NCBI GenBank assembly: GCA_965208835.1
Contig: OZ242358.1
Span: forward strand, 2,816,001-2,880,000
Direction: 5' to 3'
From: Candidatus Latescibacterota bacterium
GTDB lineage: Bacteria > Latescibacterota > UBA2968 > GCA-2709665
Length of the DNA stretch: 64,000 nt
Positions within the stretch are counted from its first letter, which is position 1. The number at the start of each line of letters is the position of its first letter. Under the pieces are notes generated by a model. It worked only from the letters and a program-made list of their open reading frames with translations, had not been told where the DNA came from and searched no databases. The translations under genes and the position numbers were made by a program. This document shows positions 1 through 9,264 of this stretch, in pieces.

Positions 1-131
1 CCGGTACACCGAATGGGCATGATTTCCGCTTCGGGCGCAATCGGGATGGCGTCCAGCGCTTCCATCGTTCGATGCCAGTAGGCATCGAAATCATCGGGCC
101 TTGCCACAGTTGGCTGAAATTGATCCTGCAT
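1..131 (-). CDS. Acetylxylan esterase (CE7)-like protein, N-terminal part only; runs off the window edge
   Basis: Hand translation from ATG at 131 with AAGGAG RBS at 141-146: MQDQFQPTVARPDDFDAYWHRTMEALDAIP..., matching RPADFDAFW in the neighbouring esterase. Not in the ORF track. Confidence 0.8.
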   Translation of the reverse strand, partial: MQDQFQPTVARPDDFDAYWHRTMEALDAIPIAPEAEIMPIRCT

Positions 132-188
132 CGACACGTTCTCCTTGCGCCACGAGTGCAGTCATAGATCTGCCCCCGAAATCCACCG

Positions 189-1118
189 TCAGGCGTGATT
201 CTTCAGATGTTTCTCGAAGAATTCGTGGATCACGGCGCCGTGCTCCACGACGCCCGCATCGTGTCCGTGACCGTCGTATGCGTAGATTCGCTTGTCATTC
301 GACGCAATCGCCCGGTATGCCGCGTATCCGGTTTCGGGCGGGCAGATATTGTCCTGCAGGCCAACGTTGACGATAATCGGGCACGAAATCCGCGGGCCGA
401 AGTGAATTCCGTCAAAATATGCCAGCGTCTCTCTCACAACGGACTCCCTCTCGGGATACAGCCTCAGATAGTCACGTATTTCCTGGTAGGGATAGGTATG
501 CGTGAGTTGGATCGCATCCATAAAACCGCACAGATAGGGTGCTCCCGCGGCTCCGGCCCTCGGGTCCCTGAGCGCGGCAACCACAAACGTCAGGCCGCCG
601 CCCTGGCTGCTCCCGGTCACACCGATCCGCTCTGAATCCACCTCCGCCCTGCTGGCCAGAAAGTCGAACCCGCGCACGGCATCGATATAAAACCCGCGAT
701 ACGAATAGGTATGCCGATCTACGATATTGTGCGTCAACAGCCCCGGATATCCGGGGTTGAACTGTCCGTTGCTTCGGAGTTTTCCCCGCGGAGCGACGCT
801 GAAAACGGCGTAACCCCTCAGGGCCTCCTGTTTTGGCAATCGCGGCTCCCCGATATACCCTGGAACATGCAGGATCGCAGGCAGCGTCCCCTCGCGTTTC
901 GCGGGCAGGCAGTACCAGCCAGCGATCCTGACACCGTCGATACTGTCAAAGTGGACATCATACACGTCCACTTCTGGCGTTGACCGCAGCGCGCTGTGTA
1001 CCACCGAGCTGTTCAGAGGAATACGGTCCGCCGTATCGAGCACGTCGTCCCAGAACGCATCGAAGTCAGCGGGGCGCACCATTGATGTTCCGTAATCCTG
1101 AATTGCAATACCGTTCAT
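189..1118 (-). CDS. Acetylxylan esterase / cephalosporin-C deacetylase family (CE7) alpha/beta hydrolase
   Basis: RPADFDAFW N-terminus, nucleophile motif GSSQGG, acid in GLQDNICPP, His in GHGH. Confidence 0.9.
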   Translation of the reverse strand: MNGIAIQDYGTSMVRPADFDAFWDDVLDTADRIPLNSSVVHSALRSTPEVDVYDVHFDSIDGVRIAGWYCLPAKREGTLPAILHVPGYIGEPRLPKQEALRGYAVFSVAPRGKLRSNGQFNPGYPGLLTHNIVDRHTYSYRGFYIDAVRGFDFLASRAEVDSERIGVTGSSQGGGLTFVVAALRDPRAGAAGAPYLCGFMDAIQLTHTYPYQEIRDYLRLYPERESVVRETLAYFDGIHFGPRISCPIIVNVGLQDNICPPETGYAAYRAIASNDKRIYAYDGHGHDAGVVEHGAVIHEFFEKHLKNHA

Positions 1119-1143
1119 TCAGCCTCCGTCCGTCCGTGAACCC

Positions 1144-3078
1144 TCAACCCGAAGTGTCGCCGGCGCGCACAACGACGGTACTCTCCGCCCCGCGGCGCCC
1201 GAACGCGTTCACAGGCCTCGCGGACAGCGTGTTTACCTGCGGATTCAGGCGCCAGTCGAAAGCGGCCTCCCCTTTTTCCTGCCAGGCCCTGTTGTCGATG
1301 CTTATCTCGAACCCCCTGAGATTCGCGGTTTCCGTATCCAGCAAGACGCGAAGCAAATCCGGTTCGTCTGCCTGTTGAAGATGTATCTCGGCCCGATTCG
1401 GAGTCCAGTAGAGGTCGCCGGGTCGCTCCGTATGTTCGGAAAACCACGGCAACGGCGTTGTTTCAGGGTCCTGCCAGAACAGATATCTGTCAAAATGGTA
1501 CGAGACTTTCCCATGTTCGGGCTCTCCGGGCCCCATCGTCTCCAGTTCGTCGTTCCGAAGTGAGATCATGAATCGTTCGAACAATGCCAACCGCTTTGCC
1601 ACCTGAAACTGCCCGGCTACCGCCGGCGGCGGTTCCGGGACGATCTTTACGTCCGCGAAATCTTCCGCCAACCAGGCGCGGTGCGCTTCCAGCGCTGAGA
1701 GCGGCATCCCCCTGCGTTCGAAGTGATACGTGAATTTCGTCTCGTCGTTGGAATCTCCACCGACGTCCATGGCCACCCACTTGCCGTGCTGGTTCGACCA
1801 TACTTCGTTGATGCAATGTGAACGCATGATTTGAGTTCGAGCCGTAAATCCCAGCGCCGCAGCGCAATGTGACATAACGGTCGCATAATGCGTGCACATT
1901 CCGAGGCTCAGTTTGCGACTCGCGAGACTCAGTATAACCATGGCGTCCCACGGAGGGCAGAATTCGATGGCGCCCATGTTCCACCCGTCTTCCCACTGCT
2001 CCCTCACCCACTGTCGCAAATGAAGGAACGCCTCGAACTCGGATTCTGCGGGTCGGATGACATCGTCAAGACGCCAGCGTTCCCTCAGGATCCGTCCCCG
2101 TTCTGAATCGGCCGGCAGATGCGAAAACCGGTAGGAACTGCGAACCAGCGCAGGGTTTTCCGAACCGACGATACAGGCCACCGGCATTTCAACCCCTGCC
2201 GTGACCGCCAGCGATACAGCATCCACCTCCGGCGTCTTCGACGGCTGATCGGTCCGCAGGTCGAGACGCCACTGCAGGAACCGGACCTCGCTGCCCGGCA
2301 CGATCGGATCGGATGCCGGCGCCCACGCCGTCCACGACTTCGGGCAGTATGCCGGACATGGCCCGCCGCGCCACTCCAATACCGCGTTACAACCCGTGGG
2401 CGTCCTGACGTCGGCCGAAAGACGGATGGCGTCTACGGGTCCCGCCGCGGCAATCCCTCCCGTGGTTACGAGGTCGAGCAAGTCCACGGCATTGGAACAG
2501 ATTTCGCCCTGCTCCGCATATTGGTCCAGCCAGAGCCGAACCATATATTCTCCGCGAGCGCGGTCGTTGACGCCGATCGATTCGGTACGCCACGTCTGAC
2601 CGCCGTCTTCGCTTACGGCGCTTCGCCGCGGCTGGACGCTCTCCTCCACCAGCAGTGTCCAGACCGCGTCGTCTACGGCCTTGAAAATCACCTCGTTTCG
2701 ACCGGAGCGGAGCCAGTCGGCAGGTATCTCCTGCGGCCTCCACCGGTCCCGCCAGTAGTCCCGGTCGCCGGACCAGCAGACCCTCAGTGTATGGCCGTTA
2801 ACCACGATTTCCATCTCGCCGTCGGCTCTGTCACAAAGGAGATACGGGCACAGCAGCGCGCGGGACCCGCCCGTCGTCGGGATGGAGAATATCTTCCGTG
2901 CCTGCCGAAGCCCGAAGACTTCCTCCCGGTCGTTCCTGCTGCAGTTGCCCAATTCGTCCGCGACCGTAACCCCCCGCCTGAGGCGGACGGTGTCTCCAGG
3001 CACGGAGATTCCCCTGCCTGTGCAGGCCAAGAAATCACGGCGGGAGCGCCAGACTCTGGTGCCGTGCGCCAACGTCAT
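1144..3078 (-). CDS. Transglutaminase-like (Cys-His-Asp) domain protein with beta-rich N-terminal region
   Basis: GMCTHYA (Cys), SHCINEVW (His), WVAMDV (Asp) in transglutaminase-like order and spacing; 644 aa. Confidence 0.7.
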   Translation of the reverse strand: MTLAHGTRVWRSRRDFLACTGRGISVPGDTVRLRRGVTVADELGNCSRNDREEVFGLRQARKIFSIPTTGGSRALLCPYLLCDRADGEMEIVVNGHTLRVCWSGDRDYWRDRWRPQEIPADWLRSGRNEVIFKAVDDAVWTLLVEESVQPRRSAVSEDGGQTWRTESIGVNDRARGEYMVRLWLDQYAEQGEICSNAVDLLDLVTTGGIAAAGPVDAIRLSADVRTPTGCNAVLEWRGGPCPAYCPKSWTAWAPASDPIVPGSEVRFLQWRLDLRTDQPSKTPEVDAVSLAVTAGVEMPVACIVGSENPALVRSSYRFSHLPADSERGRILRERWRLDDVIRPAESEFEAFLHLRQWVREQWEDGWNMGAIEFCPPWDAMVILSLASRKLSLGMCTHYATVMSHCAAALGFTARTQIMRSHCINEVWSNQHGKWVAMDVGGDSNDETKFTYHFERRGMPLSALEAHRAWLAEDFADVKIVPEPPPAVAGQFQVAKRLALFERFMISLRNDELETMGPGEPEHGKVSYHFDRYLFWQDPETTPLPWFSEHTERPGDLYWTPNRAEIHLQQADEPDLLRVLLDTETANLRGFEISIDNRAWQEKGEAAFDWRLNPQVNTLSARPVNAFGRRGAESTVVVRAGDTSG

Positions 3079-3344
3079 GCCCGCCTCCCTTTGCCATAGG
3101 TGATTTGCGCCGTCATAGGCGTTTCACTATATTGGTAACCCACTCGTCTGACCCGCGACAGCGGCGTGTCCGCACGAATTCCGATACCCCTGTCGGCGGG
3201 CAGGTTGAACGCTTGGAGCCGACGCTCCAAAACGAACTGCGTAGCCTGCATTTCACAAAAACATCTTTAACGATGCCGAAGCAAGGCGGGAAAGCCGGCT
3301 TCAAGGGAACCGTGTCCAAGCAGGACCACAGCAGGGGTGTACTC

Positions 3345-4826
3345 ATGCCAGGCGGAGACATCGTCCGTATCGGACACCTGAAGACCATCGAGGCATTTCA
3401 GAGACGGGTCGAGGCCCTCTGTCTGAAGTTGCCATGCGACATGGACATCCTCACGGCGCCCGAGTCACCCCTGGCGCAGCCGTTTCCTTTCGACCCGGCA
3501 TCCATCGGCAATCGGTTTGCCATCCATCCTATGGAGGGATGGGACGGGCTCACCGATGGCAATCCTTCGGATTTCACGCGGCGCCGGTGGCGTCATTTCG
3601 GACTTAGCGGAGCAAAACTGATCTGGGGAGGCGAGGCGATTGCCGTTCGACCCGAAGCCCGCGCAAACCCCAACCAGCTTTACGCGGCGGACCATACCCG
3701 GCGCGGCCTGGCCGAACTTCTGGCAATCCTTCGAGCGACCCACCGGCAACACGTTGGCAGCACGGACGACCTGGTGGTCGGGCTGCAACTCACGCACTCG
3801 GGACGGTTCTGTCGGCCCACTCACGATAGGGGGATGGAGCCCCGAATTCTGTACAGGCATCCCATCCTCGATTCCAGGTTCGGCGTGGACCCGAAGCACC
3901 CCGTTATGTCAGACGCGGAAATACGATCCGTAATAGACGACTACATCAAGGCTGCACGAATGGCGGCTGAACTGGGCTACCATTTCGTGGACATCAAGCA
4001 TTGCCACGGGTATCTGGGGCACGAATTCCTGAGCGCCGTCACACGCGAAGGTCCCTATGGAGGCACGCTAGAGAATCGGACTCGCTTTCTCCGGGAGATA
4101 GTACAGGGCATCCGTGCCGTTGCTCCGGATCTCCGGATCGGTGTGCGACTAAGCGCATTCGACTTTGTTCCGTTCCGGCCGGATCCGGAACAATCTGGCG
4201 ATCGCAGGAAGGGGCCCGGCATTCCGGAGGACTTCGACCACTGTCTGCCTTACGCATTCGGATTTGGCGCGAACCCGTCCAATCCCGTTGTTCCGGACCT
4301 CACCGAACCCTGTCAGCTTCTGGACTTACTCGAGGGTCTGGATATTCGGCTGGTCAATCTTTCGGCCGGCAGCCCGTACTACAATCCCCACATCCAGCGT
4401 CCTGCGTACTATCCGCCTTCAGACGGATACCGGCCTCCCGAAGACCCACTCGTTGGCGTCGCGCGACAGGTCGACGTCGTTCGGCGCATCAAGGCGCGGA
4501 ATCCCAACCTGGTTGTCGTGGGTACGGGATATTCTTATCTTCAGGAATTTCTGCCGCACGTCGCTCAGGCACTCGTACGCGACAAACAGGTCGACTTTAT
4601 CGGTCTGGGCAGGATGGCTCTCTCCTATCCGCAGCTTCCGCTGGACGTCCTCAGGAAAGGAAATCTGAACAGCCGCGTACTCTGTCGGACGTTCAGCGAT
4701 TGCACGACCGCGCCAAGAAACGGGTTGATATCGGGCTGTTTTCCGCTGGATGCATACTATAAAAAAACCCCTGAAGCCAAACGACTCAGGGAAATTAAGA
4801 AAGCCGAACGTTCCGGGCAAGGGTAA
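3345..4826 (+). CDS. NADH:flavin oxidoreductase (Old Yellow Enzyme-like)
   Basis: HPMEGWDG, QLTHSGR, KHCHGYLGHEFLS, YGGTLENRTRF, GLGRM; start moved from 3105 to in-frame ATG at 3345. Confidence 0.85.
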   Translation: MPGGDIVRIGHLKTIEAFQRRVEALCLKLPCDMDILTAPESPLAQPFPFDPASIGNRFAIHPMEGWDGLTDGNPSDFTRRRWRHFGLSGAKLIWGGEAIAVRPEARANPNQLYAADHTRRGLAELLAILRATHRQHVGSTDDLVVGLQLTHSGRFCRPTHDRGMEPRILYRHPILDSRFGVDPKHPVMSDAEIRSVIDDYIKAARMAAELGYHFVDIKHCHGYLGHEFLSAVTREGPYGGTLENRTRFLREIVQGIRAVAPDLRIGVRLSAFDFVPFRPDPEQSGDRRKGPGIPEDFDHCLPYAFGFGANPSNPVVPDLTEPCQLLDLLEGLDIRLVNLSAGSPYYNPHIQRPAYYPPSDGYRPPEDPLVGVARQVDVVRRIKARNPNLVVVGTGYSYLQEFLPHVAQALVRDKQVDFIGLGRMALSYPQLPLDVLRKGNLNSRVLCRTFSDCTTAPRNGLISGCFPLDAYYKKTPEAKRLREIKKAERSGQG

Positions 4827-4863
4827 AGCGGCGCGGCGCGCGGTAGCACCGAACCGGATGCGC

Positions 4864-5673
4864 TCAACCCGGTCTGCCATCCTCCACAGCCGCGGATTTC
4901 AGGACGAAGACTTCCTCCAGATTGAAAAAATCAACGCTGGGAATCAGCCGGACTTCTCTGAAAAGCGCCTGATCGTGATCTCCCACCCGCGATACCATGC
5001 CAATGAGAAGACCCTTGGGAAACACACCCCCCAGGCCTGAGGAGATTATCCTGTCGCCTTCGGACACCTCGCTGCGCACAGACACGTGTTTGAGAAAAAA
5101 CCTGCCGTTTTCGCACGTAACGATTCCCGAGGTTCGCTCATCGCGCTGCACGATCGCGCTCACCCTGCAATTGCGATCCAGCAACAACTGAACCACGGCA
5201 GTCCGCGGGTGAACCTCGAGCACGCGTCCGACGAGCCCGTCCGCGGTTACCACCGGCATGCGATTCCCCACCCCGTCCGCAGCACCCAAATCAAGGAGTA
5301 CCGTGTTCAATACGCGGTTCGGGTCCCGTGCGACGACCCTCGCCACCAGATAGGTGCCTTTCGCCTTGGTACGAAAGTCGAGCATCGCACGAAGCCGGAG
5401 ATTCTCCATCCGCGCTTCGCGGAGTTCGAGCAATTCGAGCGAGATGCGCAGGTTCTGATCCCGCAGAATACGATTCTCAAGGCCAAGCCTGGAGAGTTCG
5501 ATCGGCCATGTGAACAATCCGTGCCCGGCTTTCATGAGACCGGTGGCGATGCCCCTCGCCAACGCTACCCCATCGGACCGGCCGAGCGCCATGAGACCAA
5601 ACGACACAAGGACGGCCACGCCCAGTACAACGTAGGCACGGTGTGCACGTAAAAAAACGAACAGCCACTGCAT
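4864..5673 (-). CDS. mreC: Rod shape-determining protein MreC
   Basis: N-terminal TM helix, coiled coil ENLRLRAML, GLVGRV, SSGLGGVFPKG; directly after mreB. Confidence 0.95.
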   Translation of the reverse strand: MQWLFVFLRAHRAYVVLGVAVLVSFGLMALGRSDGVALARGIATGLMKAGHGLFTWPIELSRLGLENRILRDQNLRISLELLELREARMENLRLRAMLDFRTKAKGTYLVARVVARDPNRVLNTVLLDLGAADGVGNRMPVVTADGLVGRVLEVHPRTAVVQLLLDRNCRVSAIVQRDERTSGIVTCENGRFFLKHVSVRSEVSEGDRIISSGLGGVFPKGLLIGMVSRVGDHDQALFREVRLIPSVDFFNLEEVFVLKSAAVEDGRPG

Positions 5674-5695
5674 CGGTCATCCAAAGCATTGTTGA

Positions 5696-6715
5696 CTACA
5701 AAAGCATTTTCTGATACTGATCGATATTTTCAAGAACACGCCCGGTACCGCGGACAACACAGGTGAGCGGGTCGTCCGCCACGATTACGGGCAAACCGGT
5801 TTCTTCCATCAGCCTGCGATCCAGTCCCCGCAGCAGCGCCCCGCCGCCCGTCATGATGATGCCTCTGTCCAGTATATCGGCTGCCAGTTCAGGCGGCGTC
5901 TGCTCCAGGGTCTGCCGCACCGCTTCCAGAATGGAAGTCACCGTACCATTCAGCGCCTCCCGAATTTCCACCGAATCGACAACAATGGTTTTCGGGATAA
6001 AACTCACTGTATCCAGGCCCCGGCACGGATGCTGGAATTCACTGTCCAGCTTCCCGGCGGAACCGATTTCACATTTGATCTGCTCCGCGCTCCGTTCTCC
6101 GACCAGAAGGTTGTGTTTTCGTCTCAGCATCGTGATGATGGCCTGGTTCATCCCGTCGCCCGCTGTTTTGATTGACCTTGAGGTCACGATACCCGATAGG
6201 GCAATCACCGCGATCTCGGTGGTTCCGCCTCCGATGTCGATGACCATCGACCCCATCGCCTCTTCGACGGGCAGCCCGATACCAATGGCTGCGGCCATCG
6301 GCTCCGTGATGATATACACCTCGCGGGCGCCCGCGCGCTCCGCGGACTCCCTGACGGCCCGCATCTCAACGGCAGTCACCCCCGAAGGCACGCAGATCAC
6401 GATCCGAGGACGCACGAGAAGCCTGTTTTTCTGAACCTTTCGGATGAAATGCCGAAGCATCTCTTCCGTCACGTCGAAATCGGCAATAACCCCGTTACGC
6501 AGAGGACGTATAACCTCAATATCGGGGTTCTGGCGCCCCATCATCTGCTTGGCGTGAGAACCAATGGCAAGTGGCTTGTGGGAATTGCGTTCCAGCGCGA
6601 CGACCGAAGGCTCGTCTACCACGATATTCTGTCCTTTGACGTAAACCAGGGTATTGGCCGTACCCAGATCGATCCCTATGTCGTTGGACAGCAGTCTGGA
6701 AAGAAAAAGTGCCAT
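5696..6715 (-). CDS. mreB: Rod shape-determining protein MreB
   Basis: GIDLGTANT, RPLRNGVIADF, EPMAAAIG, DIGGGTTE, TGGGALL. Confidence 0.98.
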   Translation of the reverse strand: MALFLSRLLSNDIGIDLGTANTLVYVKGQNIVVDEPSVVALERNSHKPLAIGSHAKQMMGRQNPDIEVIRPLRNGVIADFDVTEEMLRHFIRKVQKNRLLVRPRIVICVPSGVTAVEMRAVRESAERAGAREVYIITEPMAAAIGIGLPVEEAMGSMVIDIGGGTTEIAVIALSGIVTSRSIKTAGDGMNQAIITMLRRKHNLLVGERSAEQIKCEIGSAGKLDSEFQHPCRGLDTVSFIPKTIVVDSVEIREALNGTVTSILEAVRQTLEQTPPELAADILDRGIIMTGGGALLRGLDRRLMEETGLPVIVADDPLTCVVRGTGRVLENIDQYQKMLL

Positions 6716-6736
6716 AGCGGTTCGTTCCCCAGCGGG

Positions 6737-6919
6737 TTAGCCGAGCAACCGAGCTCGAAAGTCGCGATACTTGCTCAGGGTCTTCTCGACAATCTCGTCC
6801 GGAAGCTCCGTTGCCGGCGTGGTCTTGTACCGATCCAGGGTTTCCAGATAGTCGCGGACCTTACCCCTTGCGAACAAAGGCACGCCGTGCAACCTTGTCG
6901 CCTTCAACGCCGTCGCCCT
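6737..6919 (-). pseudogene. purC: purC (SAICAR synthetase) remnant: N- and C-termini fused in frame, core deleted, start codon apparently lost
   Basis: Hand translation (R)ATALKATRLHGVPLFARGKVRDYLETLDRYKTTPATELPDEIVEKTLSKYRDFRARLLG*; AGGAGGT RBS followed 9 nt later by AGG where ATG is expected. Confidence 0.8.
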
Positions 6920-6935
6920 GGGCTTATTACCTCCT

Positions 6936-7598
6936 CTAGTTTAATATTCGAACCTTTCTTCCATCGACCCTGATTCTTCCCTCTGAGAACAATCGGATCG
7001 CTTCAGCATACAACTCGTGCTCCACGGCCAGTACCTTGCCTGCCAGAGAATCGGGCGTGTCTTCGGGCGCGACGCGGATCCTGCGCTGCAGGATGATCGG
7101 ACCGGTGTCGTATTCCTCGTCCACGAGATGCACTGTCGCTCCGGAAACCTGCGCGCCGCTCCGGACGACGGCTCTGTGGACGTGCTGCCCGTACATGCCC
7201 TTGCCGCCGAATGCCGGAAGGAGCGCGGGGTGTATATTGACAACGCGGTTTCTGTACATCTCGAGAGTCACTGGGCCGAGTTTCTTCATATAACCTGCAA
7301 GAACCACCAGATCGACGCCGTACGAACCGAGCGTTTCAGCGACCGCACGGTCGAGAAAGCCGGGTCGCGGATGCGTCCTTCCGCTGAGGTGTATCGCTGG
7401 AACGCCCGCCCGCCTGGCACGGGCAAGTGCGCCGGATCTGCTGTTATTGCCGATTACGACGCCCACGCGCGCCGGGAGACGTCCCGAAGCGCACCGGTCG
7501 AGTATCGCCTGCAGGTTGGTCCCGCCTCCCGAGGCCAGTACACCCAGGCAAAAGACGGCATTCCTTTCAGACAGGTTCGCTCTTCCACATTCCGACAC
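6936..7598 (-). CDS. purN: Phosphoribosylglycinamide formyltransferase (start uncertain)
   Basis: LASGGGTNLQAI, LAGYMK, NIHPALLP, GATVH, YDTGPII; nearest in-frame GTG at 7598. Confidence 0.92.
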   Translation of the reverse strand: MSECGRANLSERNAVFCLGVLASGGGTNLQAILDRCASGRLPARVGVVIGNNSRSGALARARRAGVPAIHLSGRTHPRPGFLDRAVAETLGSYGVDLVVLAGYMKKLGPVTLEMYRNRVVNIHPALLPAFGGKGMYGQHVHRAVVRSGAQVSGATVHLVDEEYDTGPIILQRRIRVAPEDTPDSLAGKVLAVEHELYAEAIRLFSEGRIRVDGRKVRILN

Positions 7599-7722
7599 GG
7601 GGTTCAGTCCGATGGCTGACGCTGCTACAGATAATTCGGCGGGGAAGATGTAGAAACGCGGGAAGTCACCGTTCCGGCAGGAACGGCGGCCGGACTCGGG
7701 GAAACGTGAACCGGCCAAGGCC

Positions 7723-7751
7723 AAAATAACCCATTGCACGTTCGATGTCAA
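7723..7751 (-). promoter_or_regulatory. Sigma70-type promoter for purN-mreBC
   Basis: TTGACA-17 nt-TATTTT on the minus strand. Confidence 0.55.
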
Positions 7752-7881
7752 GGGCTTTACAGGTGAAGTTCAGGCGGTACGAATGATAAATTAAACTTGA
7801 CAAAAATGCGACAACATTCCTTATTTAAACCGATATATGTTAAGTACTTACTCATCTGTCGCACCGAACCGGAGGTCGTCA

Positions 7882-8778
7882 TTGAACATCCGCAAGGCGG
7901 TGATCGCGGCTGCCGGCCACGGCAGCCGCATGCTGCCGGCCACCAAGGCCCTGCCCAAAGAGATGATGCCTGTCGTCGATAAACCGGCGATTCAGTACAT
8001 CATCGAAGAACTGGTCGAAGCCGGTATCGAAGACATTCTGATTATTACGGGCAGAGGGAAAAGGGCGATAGAAGACCACTTCGACCGCAATGTCGAGGTC
8101 CACAACGCCCTGAGGAAGCGGGACGACCGCTCGATGCTGGACACTCTCGAACGCATCGAACAACTTGCCGACATCCACTATCTCCGACAGAGGGAACTTC
8201 TGGGAACCGGACACGCCGTCCTCAAGGCCCGCAGACACGTCGGCGACGAGCCGTTCGCCGTTTTGTTCGGAGACGACCTGGTCGTGTCGGGAACCCCGTG
8301 CATCGGGCAACTGATGGATCAGTACGCCAAACTCGGCGCGCCGATTCTGGCCGTTAAGGAAGTGGCAAGGGAACAGGTCGGCAGCTACGGCGTGATCCGG
8401 TCCGAATCCATCAACGGGGCACGACTCGTCAAGGGCCTCGTGGAAAAGCCCGAACCGGCGCGGGCGCCTTCGAACCTCGCTTGCCTGGGTCGTTATATCT
8501 TCGAGCCCGATATTTTCGATTTTCTGAATCGCATCGACCCGGCGGACAGCGGCGAGTACCAACTGACCGACGCCATTCAACTGATGATCCAGTCCCGCCC
8601 CGTGTACGCTTGTCCGGTAAACGGGGACTGGCACACGGTTGGCGACCTGCTTTCGTATCTTCAGACGACCGTTTCGTTTGCCCTGACACACCCAGTTGTC
8701 GGCGAATCCTTCCGGGAGTATCTGAAAAAAACCGTCCGGCCACAGTCCTTCGACGCCGAAGATTCACGCAGGGATTGA
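7882..8778 (+). CDS. galU: UTP--glucose-1-phosphate uridylyltransferase
   Basis: KAVIAAAGHGSRMLPATKALPKEM, EDHFD, LGTGHAV, VEKP, GEYQLTDA; TTG start at 7882 after GGAGG. Confidence 0.92.
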   Translation: MNIRKAVIAAAGHGSRMLPATKALPKEMMPVVDKPAIQYIIEELVEAGIEDILIITGRGKRAIEDHFDRNVEVHNALRKRDDRSMLDTLERIEQLADIHYLRQRELLGTGHAVLKARRHVGDEPFAVLFGDDLVVSGTPCIGQLMDQYAKLGAPILAVKEVAREQVGSYGVIRSESINGARLVKGLVEKPEPARAPSNLACLGRYIFEPDIFDFLNRIDPADSGEYQLTDAIQLMIQSRPVYACPVNGDWHTVGDLLSYLQTTVSFALTHPVVGESFREYLKKTVRPQSFDAEDSRRD

Positions 8779-9264
8779 TCCAGCCTCCGCCAAGGCAAGA
8801 ATGCCATCGAAGACATCCAGAATCTCGTCTACGTGGTCGACAATTGCACGTTCCTGCAGCGCGATCCATTCCGCGTCCTGCCTGCTCAGAACGTTACGCT
8901 GCTTGTAAGTCTCCAGATCATCCCGATCGAGTACCGTAAGCCGGCCGTCAGGATCGAACCAGAGGTCCAGCATGAGGTCGGTGTAGTCCACGTGGCGGTC
9001 GCCGACCATCAGATTCCTGCATATGTGAAAGAGATGCCCCAGCAGCCGGCCTTCCGGATCGCACATCTTCCACAATACATACCCCGCCCCGCGCCGGTAG
9101 TATCCATACGTTACCGATCCGGTGTGTATCACAAGATCCCCAACCCGGCCGGGCCGCGCATTCACATATTTGAGAACCACGTAATCATCGGTGCGCACAA
9201 TGGGGTCACATTCAAAAACGGCATCCGGTTTGTCCAGATGCCGCTTAATCTCACGAAATTTCAT
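8764..9264 (-). CDS. DUF402-family protein
   Basis: YTDLMLDLWFDPDG...VLDRDDL acidic motif; likely start MKFREIK at 9264. Confidence 0.7.
   Translation of the reverse strand: MKFREIKRHLDKPDAVFECDPIVRTDDYVVLKYVNARPGRVGDLVIHTGSVTYGYYRRGAGYVLWKMCDPEGRLLGHLFHICRNLMVGDRHVDYTDLMLDLWFDPDGRLTVLDRDDLETYKQRNVLSRQDAEWIALQERAIVDHVDEILDVFDGILALAEAGSIPA

Noticed and set aside
3025-3078. Twin-arginine-like motif SRRDFL at the N-terminus of the transglutaminase-like protein
   Set aside because: No hydrophobic h-region or cleavage site follows, so it is unlikely to be a Tat signal
3105-3344. 80-aa N-terminal extension of the flavoenzyme ORF
   Set aside because: It spans the divergent promoter region; family-like sequence begins at ATG 3345
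7599-7751. Long N-terminal extension of purN from TTG 7751
   Set aside because: That TTG is part of the -35 hexamer of the predicted promoter
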